Shown piece by piece: positions 49,336 to 57,953 of a DNA stretch of 64,000 nucleotides (positions are counted from its first letter, which is position 1; every line of letters starts with the position of its first letter). The translations under genes and the position numbers were made by a program. The stretch comes from Candidatus Bathyarchaeia archaeon. Its GTDB lineage: Archaea; Thermoproteota; Bathyarchaeia; Bathyarchaeales; Bathycorpusculaceae. The stretch covers positions 288,001 through 352,000 of the forward strand of contig JAVZLQ010000001.1 of the NCBI GenBank assembly GCA_038883655.1, read 5' to 3'. The notes beneath the pieces are model-generated. The model worked only from the letters and a program-made list of their open reading frames with translations, was not told the origin of the DNA and did not search any database.

Positions 49336-50100
49336 TTAGTATGTATATTTGTCTCCTCCAGCGAGTATGCGCTCCAAAGCCATGTTAAAGTTTATCATCC
49401 CATCATTTGTTTTCGCTGAAATTGGAATTAGAAGAAATTTTAAGCCAAGCTGATGTATTGCGCGCATCATGTTTCTGCTCAACAGACGCTTTGTTCCCTC
49501 AAGCTTTTGTTCGATTGCATCTTCCAGTGCAGTTGGATTAGCGGACCAATCAACAATTTTGTCAACTTCGTCTTTTGGAAGTAGGTCACATTTGGATAGT
49601 AAATGGACTTGTGGTAGTAGGAAGCGGTTGTAAACAGCTGCTGAAAGGAAGAGGTTGGACACGTAGTTAAGTGGGTTAGCACAGAAGGCGGCGTCAAAAA
49701 GATATACTATGGCTTTTGGTTGTTCACGCAACAACTCATTGGCAATGTAAGGTCCACTTGCCCTAAAGGCGAAAAGCTCCATCTGTCCAGGCGTGTCAAC
49801 GATGACTATGTCGGATTTTAAGTCTTCGATTTCGCTTGAAATTTTTTCAATTTCATCCGCGATTAGATCTGCAGCCATTATTAAAGCTCCGTTTGGACCT
49901 AGCTCGTACTGTTCCATTAGGCTTTCTATGCTGATGTAGTCGCGTACGTCAACATCAGGCGTATATGGAAGCGTTAACGCTCCCGGGTCAAGGTTAACTA
50001 TTGCGACATCTTGTTTTGCCATTCTTAGCCATTCGCTGAATGATGCCGTGAGCATAGATTTTCCAGAGCCAGCTGTTCCAATAATGAAAACGGCAAACAT
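49336..50100 (-). CDS. GPN-loop GTPase
   Basis: GTAGSGKS, NLDPG, LGPNGA, DTPGQME. Confidence 0.95.
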   Translation of the reverse strand: MFAVFIIGTAGSGKSMLTASFSEWLRMAKQDVAIVNLDPGALTLPYTPDVDVRDYISIESLMEQYELGPNGALIMAADLIADEIEKISSEIEDLKSDIVIVDTPGQMELFAFRASGPYIANELLREQPKAIVYLFDAAFCANPLNYVSNLFLSAAVYNRFLLPQVHLLSKCDLLPKDEVDKIVDWSANPTALEDAIEQKLEGTKRLLSRNMMRAIHQLGLKFLLIPISAKTNDGMINFNMALERILAGGDKYTY

Positions 50101-50168
50101 AATGCTGTAATCCTTCTTTTAGTTTTTGTCGATTTAGATTTATCAGATTTGTTTGGGCTGTAAAAGTT

Positions 50169-51299
50169 TTATGCTGCAGCTTCCGGTGGCGGCAGTGTTG
50201 GCTCTTGAGGCATAGGTGTTGTTCGCCGTGATATCAGGAAAATTGCACAGCCGATGACCGTTAATGTTATTGTGAAAGCCAACAGTGCAAAGAAAAAGAG
50301 CGACAGAACAGTAATGGCTATTGTTGGACTGTCTGCCCCACCATAATCGTTGTCTCCAAACCAGCTTGCGCGGACAAAACATATGCCTGTCATGTTAGCA
50401 GTCCATACATATGAAAATTCGCCGTTAGCGTTTGTTGTGGCTGTTCCCAAAACAAACCATTGTAAGCCGCCAACCTTCAAGTAAACCATTACTGTTTTAC
50501 CCGAAAGGCTCGGAGATAATTTCCCAGAAATGGTAACTGCACTTCCTTCTATGACCAATGGCGATGACACTGCTAATGAAAGGGTTGAAGAGGCTAGTGG
50601 CTTGTAACTTGCCGAAACCTGCCCAAAACTTGTGCGATCACAATTTTCAAGCGTAATAACTTGCACCGTGTCCAATGCTGGAACAAGGTCTGAAGGGCAT
50701 TCGCCGACGCGCCAGCCGTCAATCGCGTAGCCCGTGCACTCGGCTATGTAATATCTTGTGCCGTTGAATGTAACGTAGTAAACTGTGCCCCTAGCGTCAC
50801 GTGGTAAATGGGACAGACTTACGCCAACGTTCATGTGACTGTAACTTTCGTAATAGAGTAGAACAACATCTAGTCCGCCAGCCATCATGATTGATGCCGC
50901 CATGTAAGAGAAGACGTCGCAGTCTCCAGTATTTTCAACTATTGTTTCTACCGGGTATTTTGCTTTGCTTTCGTTGTACGGTATTTGATGCACAATCATA
51001 AGCACGCCGTTAGCAAAATCTTCATCGTCATTGTAAATGTCCCAAAGGCGTTCGGCGATGGGTACCACTGGATATGGCGTTACAAATTTTGGAAAGTCAC
51101 TTATGGAATTGAGTTGGTGGCTCTGAGACTTATAAAAGTCATAGAGGGACTGCTGAACCGTGACTGTTAAAAGGTAACGTGTGGAACCGTTTGGGTGATT
51201 TAATATTTGATATGTTCTAATTGTTTGGGAGAAGGAATAAGGTGTTAAATAGGAAATTACGATTAGAACTGTAAGCGTGATTGTGGTGAGTTTTTTCAT
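50169..51299 (-). CDS. Membrane-anchored transglutaminase-like protein with Ig-like domain
   Basis: Signal peptide; KYPVET....GDCD, HM.VG, YY.AECT; Ig-like domain; C-terminal TM with Pro-rich tail. Confidence 0.75.
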   Translation of the reverse strand: MKKLTTITLTVLIVISYLTPYSFSQTIRTYQILNHPNGSTRYLLTVTVQQSLYDFYKSQSHQLNSISDFPKFVTPYPVVPIAERLWDIYNDDEDFANGVLMIVHQIPYNESKAKYPVETIVENTGDCDVFSYMAASIMMAGGLDVVLLYYESYSHMNVGVSLSHLPRDARGTVYYVTFNGTRYYIAECTGYAIDGWRVGECPSDLVPALDTVQVITLENCDRTSFGQVSASYKPLASSTLSLAVSSPLVIEGSAVTISGKLSPSLSGKTVMVYLKVGGLQWFVLGTATTNANGEFSYVWTANMTGICFVRASWFGDNDYGGADSPTIAITVLSLFFFALLAFTITLTVIGCAIFLISRRTTPMPQEPTLPPPEAAA

Positions 51300-51353
51300 A
51301 GGAGATTTTGTTGCAAAACAGATTTAAGGCATTTATGAACTGACAATCAACAA

Positions 51354-52139
51354 TTAAATCTCTACCAGTGTTTTCTTTCTTTGACTGAAAACACACGCGT
51401 AATTATAACCAGTTTTCTTTGCAAGAACAAGTGCCTCTTTGAAGTTCTTACATAAATCTTCTGGATTATGTGCGTCCGAGCCGAAAACTATTGGCACATC
51501 ATAAGCGTGAAGTATTTTCAGCATTTCCTCGCTTGGATAGATTTCTGCGCATGGTCTCCTTAATCCAGCAGTGTTAATTTCCACACATATTTTTGATTTT
51601 GCGATTGCCTCCGCCGTTTCCATTAAGACATCGGAGAAATCGCAGCTTGGTTTAAACCCGAAAATTTTAACAAGGTCCAGATGGGCTACGACATCAAAGA
51701 GACGAGAATTGCACATCTCCCTAATTAGGCTGAAATATTCCATGTAGGTTTGAAGAATGTCCCTTTTCAAGTATTCATGTTTTTGGCGTGGATTGTCGAT
51801 GCCCCATTTACCAATAAAGTGAACTGCGCCGATAATGTAGTCGAAAGGGTGTTTTTGGATAAATTCTTTGATTCTGTTTTTATCTTCTAGGAAAAAATCA
51901 ATTTCAGCACCAAGTTTTATTGGTACCTCGGCTTTTTGTTTTAGCGTTAGAAAATTTTTGATGTAGGCTGGCATTTGACGTTGATCCATATGTGGATAAT
52001 TGCCTATCGCATGTAGCGAGATGTGGTCTGAAAAGCCTATTTCACCTATTCCCTTCTCCACCGCTTTCTTAACATAATCCTTAATTGTGCCCACAGCATC
52101 TGGCGAAGCTTCTGTGTGAACATGATAGTCCATGATCAT
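51354..52139 (-). CDS. Histidinol-phosphatase HisJ/HisK-family PHP protein
   Basis: DYHVHT, FSDH, GAEID, DYIIGAVH, AHLDL.K, EINT.GL, GSDAH. Confidence 0.85.
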   Translation of the reverse strand: MIMDYHVHTEASPDAVGTIKDYVKKAVEKGIGEIGFSDHISLHAIGNYPHMDQRQMPAYIKNFLTLKQKAEVPIKLGAEIDFFLEDKNRIKEFIQKHPFDYIIGAVHFIGKWGIDNPRQKHEYLKRDILQTYMEYFSLIREMCNSRLFDVVAHLDLVKIFGFKPSCDFSDVLMETAEAIAKSKICVEINTAGLRRPCAEIYPSEEMLKILHAYDVPIVFGSDAHNPEDLCKNFKEALVLAKKTGYNYACVFSQRKKTLVEI

Positions 52140-52966
52140 TGTTTTGCCAGCTTTTGCGGTAAAACTACTTTTCCGCCTTCTTTCTTCACGAGTTCAGACA
52201 GTTGGATTAATGCTTTTCCAACACGGTTTTTGGCTGTTTTGGAATCCTTTGCCGTTGTTGAAAAGTGAAGCTCAATGTGCGGTTTTTTCTCCTCGCCCTT
52301 TGGATGAGACTTAATGTAAACGTGTGGATTATCATGCATAGTCTTGTCGATTAAAGGCGCCAATGTTGATTCCATAATGCCACCAACATAAATGCTTGCT
52401 TCATAAAACATAACGTTTCCAGCTCTTTCCCTCAGCAAAGACATAACAGAACCTTCAAAAATAGCTTCCATCTCAGAAGGAACCCCCGGCAACGCTACAA
52501 GAATTGTTTCATTAACCTCTAAGATTACGCCAGGAGCCGTCCCAACGGGGTTCGGCAGCGGCTTTGAATTTTCTGGTAGCTTAGCCATTTTAACCCTTGC
52601 CGGTGTAAGCTCCACCTTTTCGATTTTTCCGGTTTTCACGTAGGTCTCATACTTTTCCTTCACCATTTCCAAGGCTTTCTCGTTAATTTCCAACCTTCGA
52701 TTCAACGCTTCAGCTATTCCTTCAAGAGTTTTGTCGTCAAACGTTGGTCCTAAACCACCAGTCGTTATTATGAACTTTGGTTTGCGCTGTAGGGCTTCAC
52801 GTATGACACTTGCGATAGCCACCACATCGTCTTCAACAACTGTTATGCGTTTAACTGTGAATCCGGCTGTGGTTGCACGTTTGGCAAGCCATTGGGCGTT
52901 CGTGTTTAATGTTTTGCCGATAAGCAATTCATTGCCTATACATATTATCTCCATCTCATTGTCCAT
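52136..52966 (-). CDS. CinA N-terminal-like (COG1058, MoCF-domain) protein
   Basis: IGNELL.G...NTN, TGGLGPT.DD.T, NPVGTAPG, LPGVP.EM; no PncC domain. Confidence 0.88.
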   Translation of the reverse strand: MDNEMEIICIGNELLIGKTLNTNAQWLAKRATTAGFTVKRITVVEDDVVAIASVIREALQRKPKFIITTGGLGPTFDDKTLEGIAEALNRRLEINEKALEMVKEKYETYVKTGKIEKVELTPARVKMAKLPENSKPLPNPVGTAPGVILEVNETILVALPGVPSEMEAIFEGSVMSLLRERAGNVMFYEASIYVGGIMESTLAPLIDKTMHDNPHVYIKSHPKGEEKKPHIELHFSTTAKDSKTAKNRVGKALIQLSELVKKEGGKVVLPQKLAKQ

Positions 52967-53059
52967 TTTCCCACTTCTAAAAAACTAAAGTTGCTGGAAA
53001 ATAAAACTGTTCGCCATATTAACGGCTAACTTATCGCCCTAAAAGCCGCGAGTTTTAAG

Positions 53060-53269
53060 TCATTTCTTCTTGCTGCTAAGCCACCACTTCAAATATTCCT
53101 TTTTGCGCTTCTCCCGCTCTTCTTCCTTACTTTCAAAAGACGGCCTCAACTTTTCTCTGAGCTCGATTAGCTCTTGTTGCGTAACTGAAAGCCCGCAGCT
53201 TTTGCAAACATAATGTTTTGTTGCTATTATGTATTGCATTTCGCCACCGCATTCCGGACAGTATGGCAT
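53060..53269 (-). CDS. Small Zn-ribbon protein
   Basis: MPYCPECGG...CKSCG, C-terminal EYLKWWL; start reassigned to ATG 53269. Confidence 0.75.
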   Translation of the reverse strand: MPYCPECGGEMQYIIATKHYVCKSCGLSVTQQELIELREKLRPSFESKEEEREKRKKEYLKWWLSSKKK

Positions 53270-53431
53270 TTCTACACCATTTTTAACATGTATATTAAGA
53301 ATGGAATGCGCGTTGCTAAATAAAAGGGTTTTTAAACCAAAAGAAAACGGCACGTTAAATCATGCTTGAATTCTATTAGTCTGCAAGATATGAGAATGCG
53401 ATCAGTGCAATATTATCGAGTTGTAAATGTT

Positions 53432-54523
53432 TTATGTAATAAAGTTTACAAGTTTTGCTTCCTTAGCAAGATGCAACGCCTTGTCCATCTCTTCCCTTGT
53501 GAGTCGCCTGCGCAGTTCTGGAATTTCATAAGCCAGCCATTCTGGTCTATACTGGAACATCACGTTCACTCGGGTTTCAACGCCCAGATTTTCGGCTATC
53601 CAGTTAATGATTGGTTTTGTGCAACATTCAAGATGCCCTGGTAAGACGAGTATGCGAATTATGAGCTCGCCGTATTTTTTCGCCTCTAAATGGTTGTATG
53701 TGCAGACTTGCCAATAGTTTGGTGCATCTGAAATTCTTTTAGCGCATTCGCCTGGTCCATACTTGAAATCCAGTAGATAAACGTCTGCAAAGCCAGCCAG
53801 CAACCGTGCTGTTTCTGGACTGTAGTATGTATTTGAGTTCCAAACGACTGGTATGTTAGCGTTTACATGTTTGAATGTCTCAAGCCACTGTTCAATCCAT
53901 GGTGTTGGTTCACCGCCAACAAGGTTTGCGTTTCTGCATCCGCTGTTTCGGAGCTGTTCAACCTCTCTTGCTAGTTCTTGTGGCGTGTAAACTTCGCCGT
54001 TTTCAATCCACTGGGAAATTGTCCAGTTCTGGCAGTGTTTGCAGCGCATTGTGCAGCCCATCGTAAAGATTGTTCCAGATGGCACAAGCTCTGGTTCTTC
54101 GCCAACATGTTCAAAAATGCTTGAAACGGTTATTTCTTTGCTGCACTTACAGTAGCCAAGCTCACCCTCCGCTCTGTTAACTCCGCATCTACGAGTGCAA
54201 AAGTGGCATTCAAAGAGTATTTTCTTTGCAATTTCAATTTTTAGATCCAAATAAGATTTTTCAGGAGTCGGCATTTTCTGCAAAGAGATATGTCCCGCAT
54301 CAATTTCCCTTTCCACTTTATAGAACTCTTGGGTAAGCTTTTCGTGTTCTCGCCAAAGTACCTCTAAAGGATCATCTTTACTGAATTCTGCTGGAACTTT
54401 TTTCGAGATGAGGAATTTTGCTGGTTTCGCGTTCTGCATAACGGCAATGTATCTGCCTAGGCTTTTTCTAACGGTTTCTTCGCCAAGCACAAGTGCGGCG
54501 TCTGGACGCAGAATCCTCCACAT
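53432..54523 (-). CDS. PflX-like radical SAM protein
   Basis: CHFCTRRCGVNR, GEEPELVPSGTIF, CTMRCKHCQN, VWNSN, LVLPGH..CC. Confidence 0.88.
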   Translation of the reverse strand: MWRILRPDAALVLGEETVRKSLGRYIAVMQNAKPAKFLISKKVPAEFSKDDPLEVLWREHEKLTQEFYKVEREIDAGHISLQKMPTPEKSYLDLKIEIAKKILFECHFCTRRCGVNRAEGELGYCKCSKEITVSSIFEHVGEEPELVPSGTIFTMGCTMRCKHCQNWTISQWIENGEVYTPQELAREVEQLRNSGCRNANLVGGEPTPWIEQWLETFKHVNANIPVVWNSNTYYSPETARLLAGFADVYLLDFKYGPGECAKRISDAPNYWQVCTYNHLEAKKYGELIIRILVLPGHLECCTKPIINWIAENLGVETRVNVMFQYRPEWLAYEIPELRRRLTREEMDKALHLAKEAKLVNFIT

Positions 54524-54540
54524 TTCATCTTCAACCGTGA

Positions 54541-55596
54541 TTAGAATAAGGCGTATGGATAAGCGTACCCGCTTGCATGCAACTTACCCTTAATCGGAAT
54601 TTCTCTACCGCAAACTGGACAACGCATGTCCTTCGTAAGGTTCCACCGGGTAATCTCGAAGCTGAACCGTTTTATTAAAAGCTCATTACAGTTTGGACAG
54701 TAAGTGTTTTCACTTGGGTGTCCAGGAACATTTCCAATGTACACGTAATTAAGCCCAGCGTCTTTAGCGGTTATGTAGGCTTTCTCTAAAGTTTCGATAG
54801 GCGTTGAGGGAATAGTCGTAAGCTGATAGTCCGGGTGGAAACGTAAGAGATGCAGTGGTGTGTCCCTTCCGAGATTATCCTTAATCCACGTGGCGAGTTC
54901 CCTAATTCTCTCAAGCGAATCACCAATTTTCGGAACAACCAAATTCGTTATTTCAATATGTATCCCATTTCTTCGCATTTCCTTCAAAGACTCAAAAATA
55001 GGCTCGACGGAAGGCACCGACGAGAAGGACTTGTAAAAAGATGGGTCTCCGCCGCCCTTAAAATCCACGGTTGCAGCATCCAAGTATGGCGCTATAGTTT
55101 TTACGGCTTCTGGCGTCATATAACCATTTGTGACAAAAGTGTTGAAAAATCCAACTTGGCGGGCAAGTTTCGCAGTTTCATATGCATATTCAAAGAAGAT
55201 TGTTGGTTCAGTGTAAGTGTAGCTTATACCCTGGCAACCATTATCTCTCGTAGCTTTTACAACCTCTTCTGGCGGAAAATGTTTACCCTCAATGTTTTTT
55301 TCTTGGCTTATCATCCAATTGTCGCAGAACTGGCACCTAAAATTGCAGCCAACAGTGGCAATTGACATAACTGAAGCGCCTGGATTAAAGTGGGCGAGGG
55401 GTTTTTTCCCGATGGGATCCACGCACGCAGATATGGCCTTCGCATAAACAAGCGAATAGAGCGTTCCGCCCTCATTTTTCCTTACAAGGCAGAATCCAGT
55501 TTTGCCATCATTTATGGTGCACCTTCTTCCGCAAAGGTTACACCTAACTTTTTTGTCTCCAATTTTCTCGTAGAGCATTGCCTCGTGAAGTGGCAT
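54541..55596 (-). CDS. amrS: AmmeMemoRadiSam system radical SAM enzyme
   Basis: C.LC.R.C...G.C.VR.N, DP..KKPL.HF.PG, CNFRCQFCDN, YTYTEP, RFHP, YVY.GNV, T.CP.C. Confidence 0.9.
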   Translation of the reverse strand: MPLHEAMLYEKIGDKKVRCNLCGRRCTINDGKTGFCLVRKNEGGTLYSLVYAKAISACVDPIGKKPLAHFNPGASVMSIATVGCNFRCQFCDNWMISQEKNIEGKHFPPEEVVKATRDNGCQGISYTYTEPTIFFEYAYETAKLARQVGFFNTFVTNGYMTPEAVKTIAPYLDAATVDFKGGGDPSFYKSFSSVPSVEPIFESLKEMRRNGIHIEITNLVVPKIGDSLERIRELATWIKDNLGRDTPLHLLRFHPDYQLTTIPSTPIETLEKAYITAKDAGLNYVYIGNVPGHPSENTYCPNCNELLIKRFSFEITRWNLTKDMRCPVCGREIPIKGKLHASGYAYPYALF

Positions 55597-55649
55597 TTAA
55601 TTCTCCTTAAATAATGAAAGGCGAAACCACGCTTGTAAACTTTTTTCCC

Positions 55650-56267
55650 TCACTTATCCTTTTTATAGAAGGCTTTTTCTGTGATTTCAAAGACGAGTGG
55701 CGGCGTCGAAGTTTTAGCATCCAACTTTACGTCTAAAAGTCCTTCAAGGAAACCAGCCCAGATTTCTGGTTCTGTTATAAAAGGAGTCTTAACGAGAATG
55801 TATTTATCCTTCAAAAAGAAGTCGCCGAACCCTTGAACCCTTAAACGCTTAAAAATGTCAGACCACTTTTCGCTGTTTGATGCTTGTATGCCAAGCGTCG
55901 CCTCGATGGAAACCTTCGTTGCTTCGCCCATCTTTCTGCCGATTTCCCGCCACTTATCCTTTGGGATCTCGTTTATGAGAATGTTAAGCAATTCAACATT
56001 TATGAAGGCTATTCGGCTTATTCCACAATAATACTCGCCTGGAAAACGCCAATCATAAATCATCATGCTCCTATAAACGTCAAGCATCTTAGAAATAAGC
56101 GGTTTAATTCCAGGCTCCTTTCCCTCGCGAATAAGCGAGTCGATAAATTCCCGTTCTTCCTTTTCAAGTATAATGGTTGTTCTTTTAGCAGACTCCTCGT
56201 TTTTCCGCATTATTTCTTCGAGTTTTTTCCCCTTATCGTCCTGCATAACCGTTATATCTGCTAGCAT
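55650..56267 (-). CDS. Putative ribbon-helix-helix plus V4R-like regulator
   Basis: KRTTIIL strand followed by two helices, then R..F...IG.KMG...GFG...AGFLEG pattern. Confidence 0.5.
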   Translation of the reverse strand: MLADITVMQDDKGKKLEEIMRKNEESAKRTTIILEKEEREFIDSLIREGKEPGIKPLISKMLDVYRSMMIYDWRFPGEYYCGISRIAFINVELLNILINEIPKDKWREIGRKMGEATKVSIEATLGIQASNSEKWSDIFKRLRVQGFGDFFLKDKYILVKTPFITEPEIWAGFLEGLLDVKLDAKTSTPPLVFEITEKAFYKKDK

Positions 56268-56338
56268 ACCTTATATGCTTTGCTAACCCCACATCAACAA
56301 ACCGAACAATTTTTAACAAAGCATGAAAAATTAGTATT

Positions 56339-56395
56339 TGCCGATGAAGAATTTACCTGTCTGAAATGGTGATGCACCCTGGGGTATCTGAGGCA
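56339..56395 (+). ncRNA. Box C/D methylation guide sRNA
   Basis: Terminal stem TGCC/GGCA; C ATGAAGA, 10-nt guide, D' CTGA, C' ATGGTGA, 15-nt guide, D CTGA; TTTTAA box about 24 nt upstream. Confidence 0.8.
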
Positions 56396-56406
56396 CAAAA
56401 CAAGTT

Positions 56407-56664
56407 TCAAGAGACAATCTTATTTTTAATCAGGTACCAAAACAGAGTTAAACCAGCAATGAAAAGAACAAATCCGCACGCCACTGAAATAGCGAAGCTC
56501 ATGTCAAGAATCCTCTGAAACAAGTAAACCACGTATGTTGGACCAGCAAATGTTAGGAAAGCAGCTAAAACAACAAGAAAGGTTTTCCAGAACTTCGAAT
56601 TTAAACCGCCAACTTTTGTGGAAACCCTTTTTATCTTTCGTTCTTCTTCGGTCATGATGTTCAC
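56407..56664 (-). CDS. Small two-TM membrane protein
   Basis: Two hydrophobic helices; downstream of and co-oriented with PAC2. Confidence 0.6.
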   Translation of the reverse strand: MNIMTEEERKIKRVSTKVGGLNSKFWKTFLVVLAAFLTFAGPTYVVYLFQRILDMSFAISVACGFVLFIAGLTLFWYLIKNKIVS

Positions 56665-56700
56665 TTTTAATTGTTTGCACTAATCTTTTGGCGTTTTCGC

Positions 56701-57366
56701 TTATAACCCTTCCTTCACCTCGTTTCCAAAGGCTCTCATGAGAAACTTGAAGACGGAGAAGGCCGCGCCTCTATCCGCCCTAAAACCAGTTGTCGCGCCC
56801 AATAGGCATATGCCGTCTATGCCACGTTCCTTTGCAAGAGCAAGCGTCAAACCAGCAGCGCCAACAATTCTTCCCTTACTATAGATTACTGCACCTTTCT
56901 CCATAAACTCCGCCGCAATCCTAGGCGAAGTTGCAGCCACATAAACTTGCGCCTTCTCCTCCGTGAGTGGTACACCACCTATGGTAACAACAAAGCTGCA
57001 TCCAAGTTTCTCAGCGAAATCCACTATTTCATCGCATATTTCGTAATGCGCAACAACATCCTCGAAGGAAGGTTGTGTGTCTCCCGTCATTATAACGAAA
57101 TCGTTCCTTTCCATGGGCGCGGCGTAAAACTCATACCTAGGTAAGCGGCAAGTTCCCTTCGCATTAACCGATACATAGTCGGGAAAGGAAGGCGAATAAA
57201 ACTCGGCGAAAGGCTTAGCACCACAAAACTTTATCAGCAATTCAGCCGCAATCTTCCCAACATTACCCAAACCAGGAAGCCCTTGCACGAAAACAGGCTT
57301 ATCCAGAGATGGAACAAATAAACAGTTAAAGTAAGGCTTATCCATGCACGCTTCACGCCAAACCAA
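56701..57366 (-). CDS. PAC2-family protein (second paralog)
   Basis: QGLPGLGNVGKIA, YSP.FP, GD.QP, TIGG, IVGAAG. Confidence 0.88.
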   Translation of the reverse strand: MVWREACMDKPYFNCLFVPSLDKPVFVQGLPGLGNVGKIAAELLIKFCGAKPFAEFYSPSFPDYVSVNAKGTCRLPRYEFYAAPMERNDFVIMTGDTQPSFEDVVAHYEICDEIVDFAEKLGCSFVVTIGGVPLTEEKAQVYVAATSPRIAAEFMEKGAVIYSKGRIVGAAGLTLALAKERGIDGICLLGATTGFRADRGAAFSVFKFLMRAFGNEVKEGL

Positions 57367-57445
57367 TAAACAGCAAGCAGACTAAAAAATATTTTCAACC
57401 ACTGTCCCAAAAAGATTTAAGAAACCACACATTCAGCATACAATT

Positions 57446-57524
57446 AGCGGGGTGGGGTAGCCAGGATTAACCCGCTGGGCTCATAACCCAGAGATCGGTC
57501 GTTCAAATCGACCCCCCGCTACCA
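57446..57524 (+). tRNA. Initiator tRNA-Met(CAT), encoded CCA
   Basis: A1-U72 pair (AGCGGGG/CCCCGCT), three G-C pairs closing the anticodon stem, loop CTCATAA, GTTCAAATC, ACCA end. Confidence 0.96.
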
Positions 57525-57582
57525 AAACGGCATTGTAAATTAAACATGTGGTTTGTTAAGAAAGAGGGAGTTGTTTGGATTG

Positions 57583-57807
57583 TTAAAACTCGTTTAAGGT
57601 TAATCCCTCTAATTCCATGTTTTTCCACTGGATTGTTTCGCCATTTATCGTTATACTTTCCGCGTTTACGAAAGATTGCCAAAGTTTTGCCTCAACGGCC
57701 ATTTGTCGAAGGTTTTGTTTAATTTCTCTTATCAGTCTTATTTTTTCTGTATCTGAAACTTCTAGTAGGTTAACCTTCCTTTGGGTTTTCTTGTTTTTTG
57801 TTCCCAT
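57583..57807 (-). CDS. Small hypothetical protein (74 aa)
   Basis: Strong AGGAGG SD before ATG 57807. Confidence 0.6.
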   Translation of the reverse strand: MGTKNKKTQRKVNLLEVSDTEKIRLIREIKQNLRQMAVEAKLWQSFVNAESITINGETIQWKNMELEGLTLNEF

Positions 57808-57953
57808 GTTTTGTTGTCCTCCTTTAAATGGGTTTATCGCGTTTCTTAATAAATCAGTTCTTTCGGTGCTTGACATGTATCATCAATCGATACATATACG
57901 TATACGCTTAGGAAAAATTATAAGGAGCTGCAGCTTGGATACATAGTTTATAA

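Noticed and set aside
57446-57600. tRNA-anchored integrated element
   Set aside because: No integrase and no duplicated tRNA 3' end seen for either tRNA.
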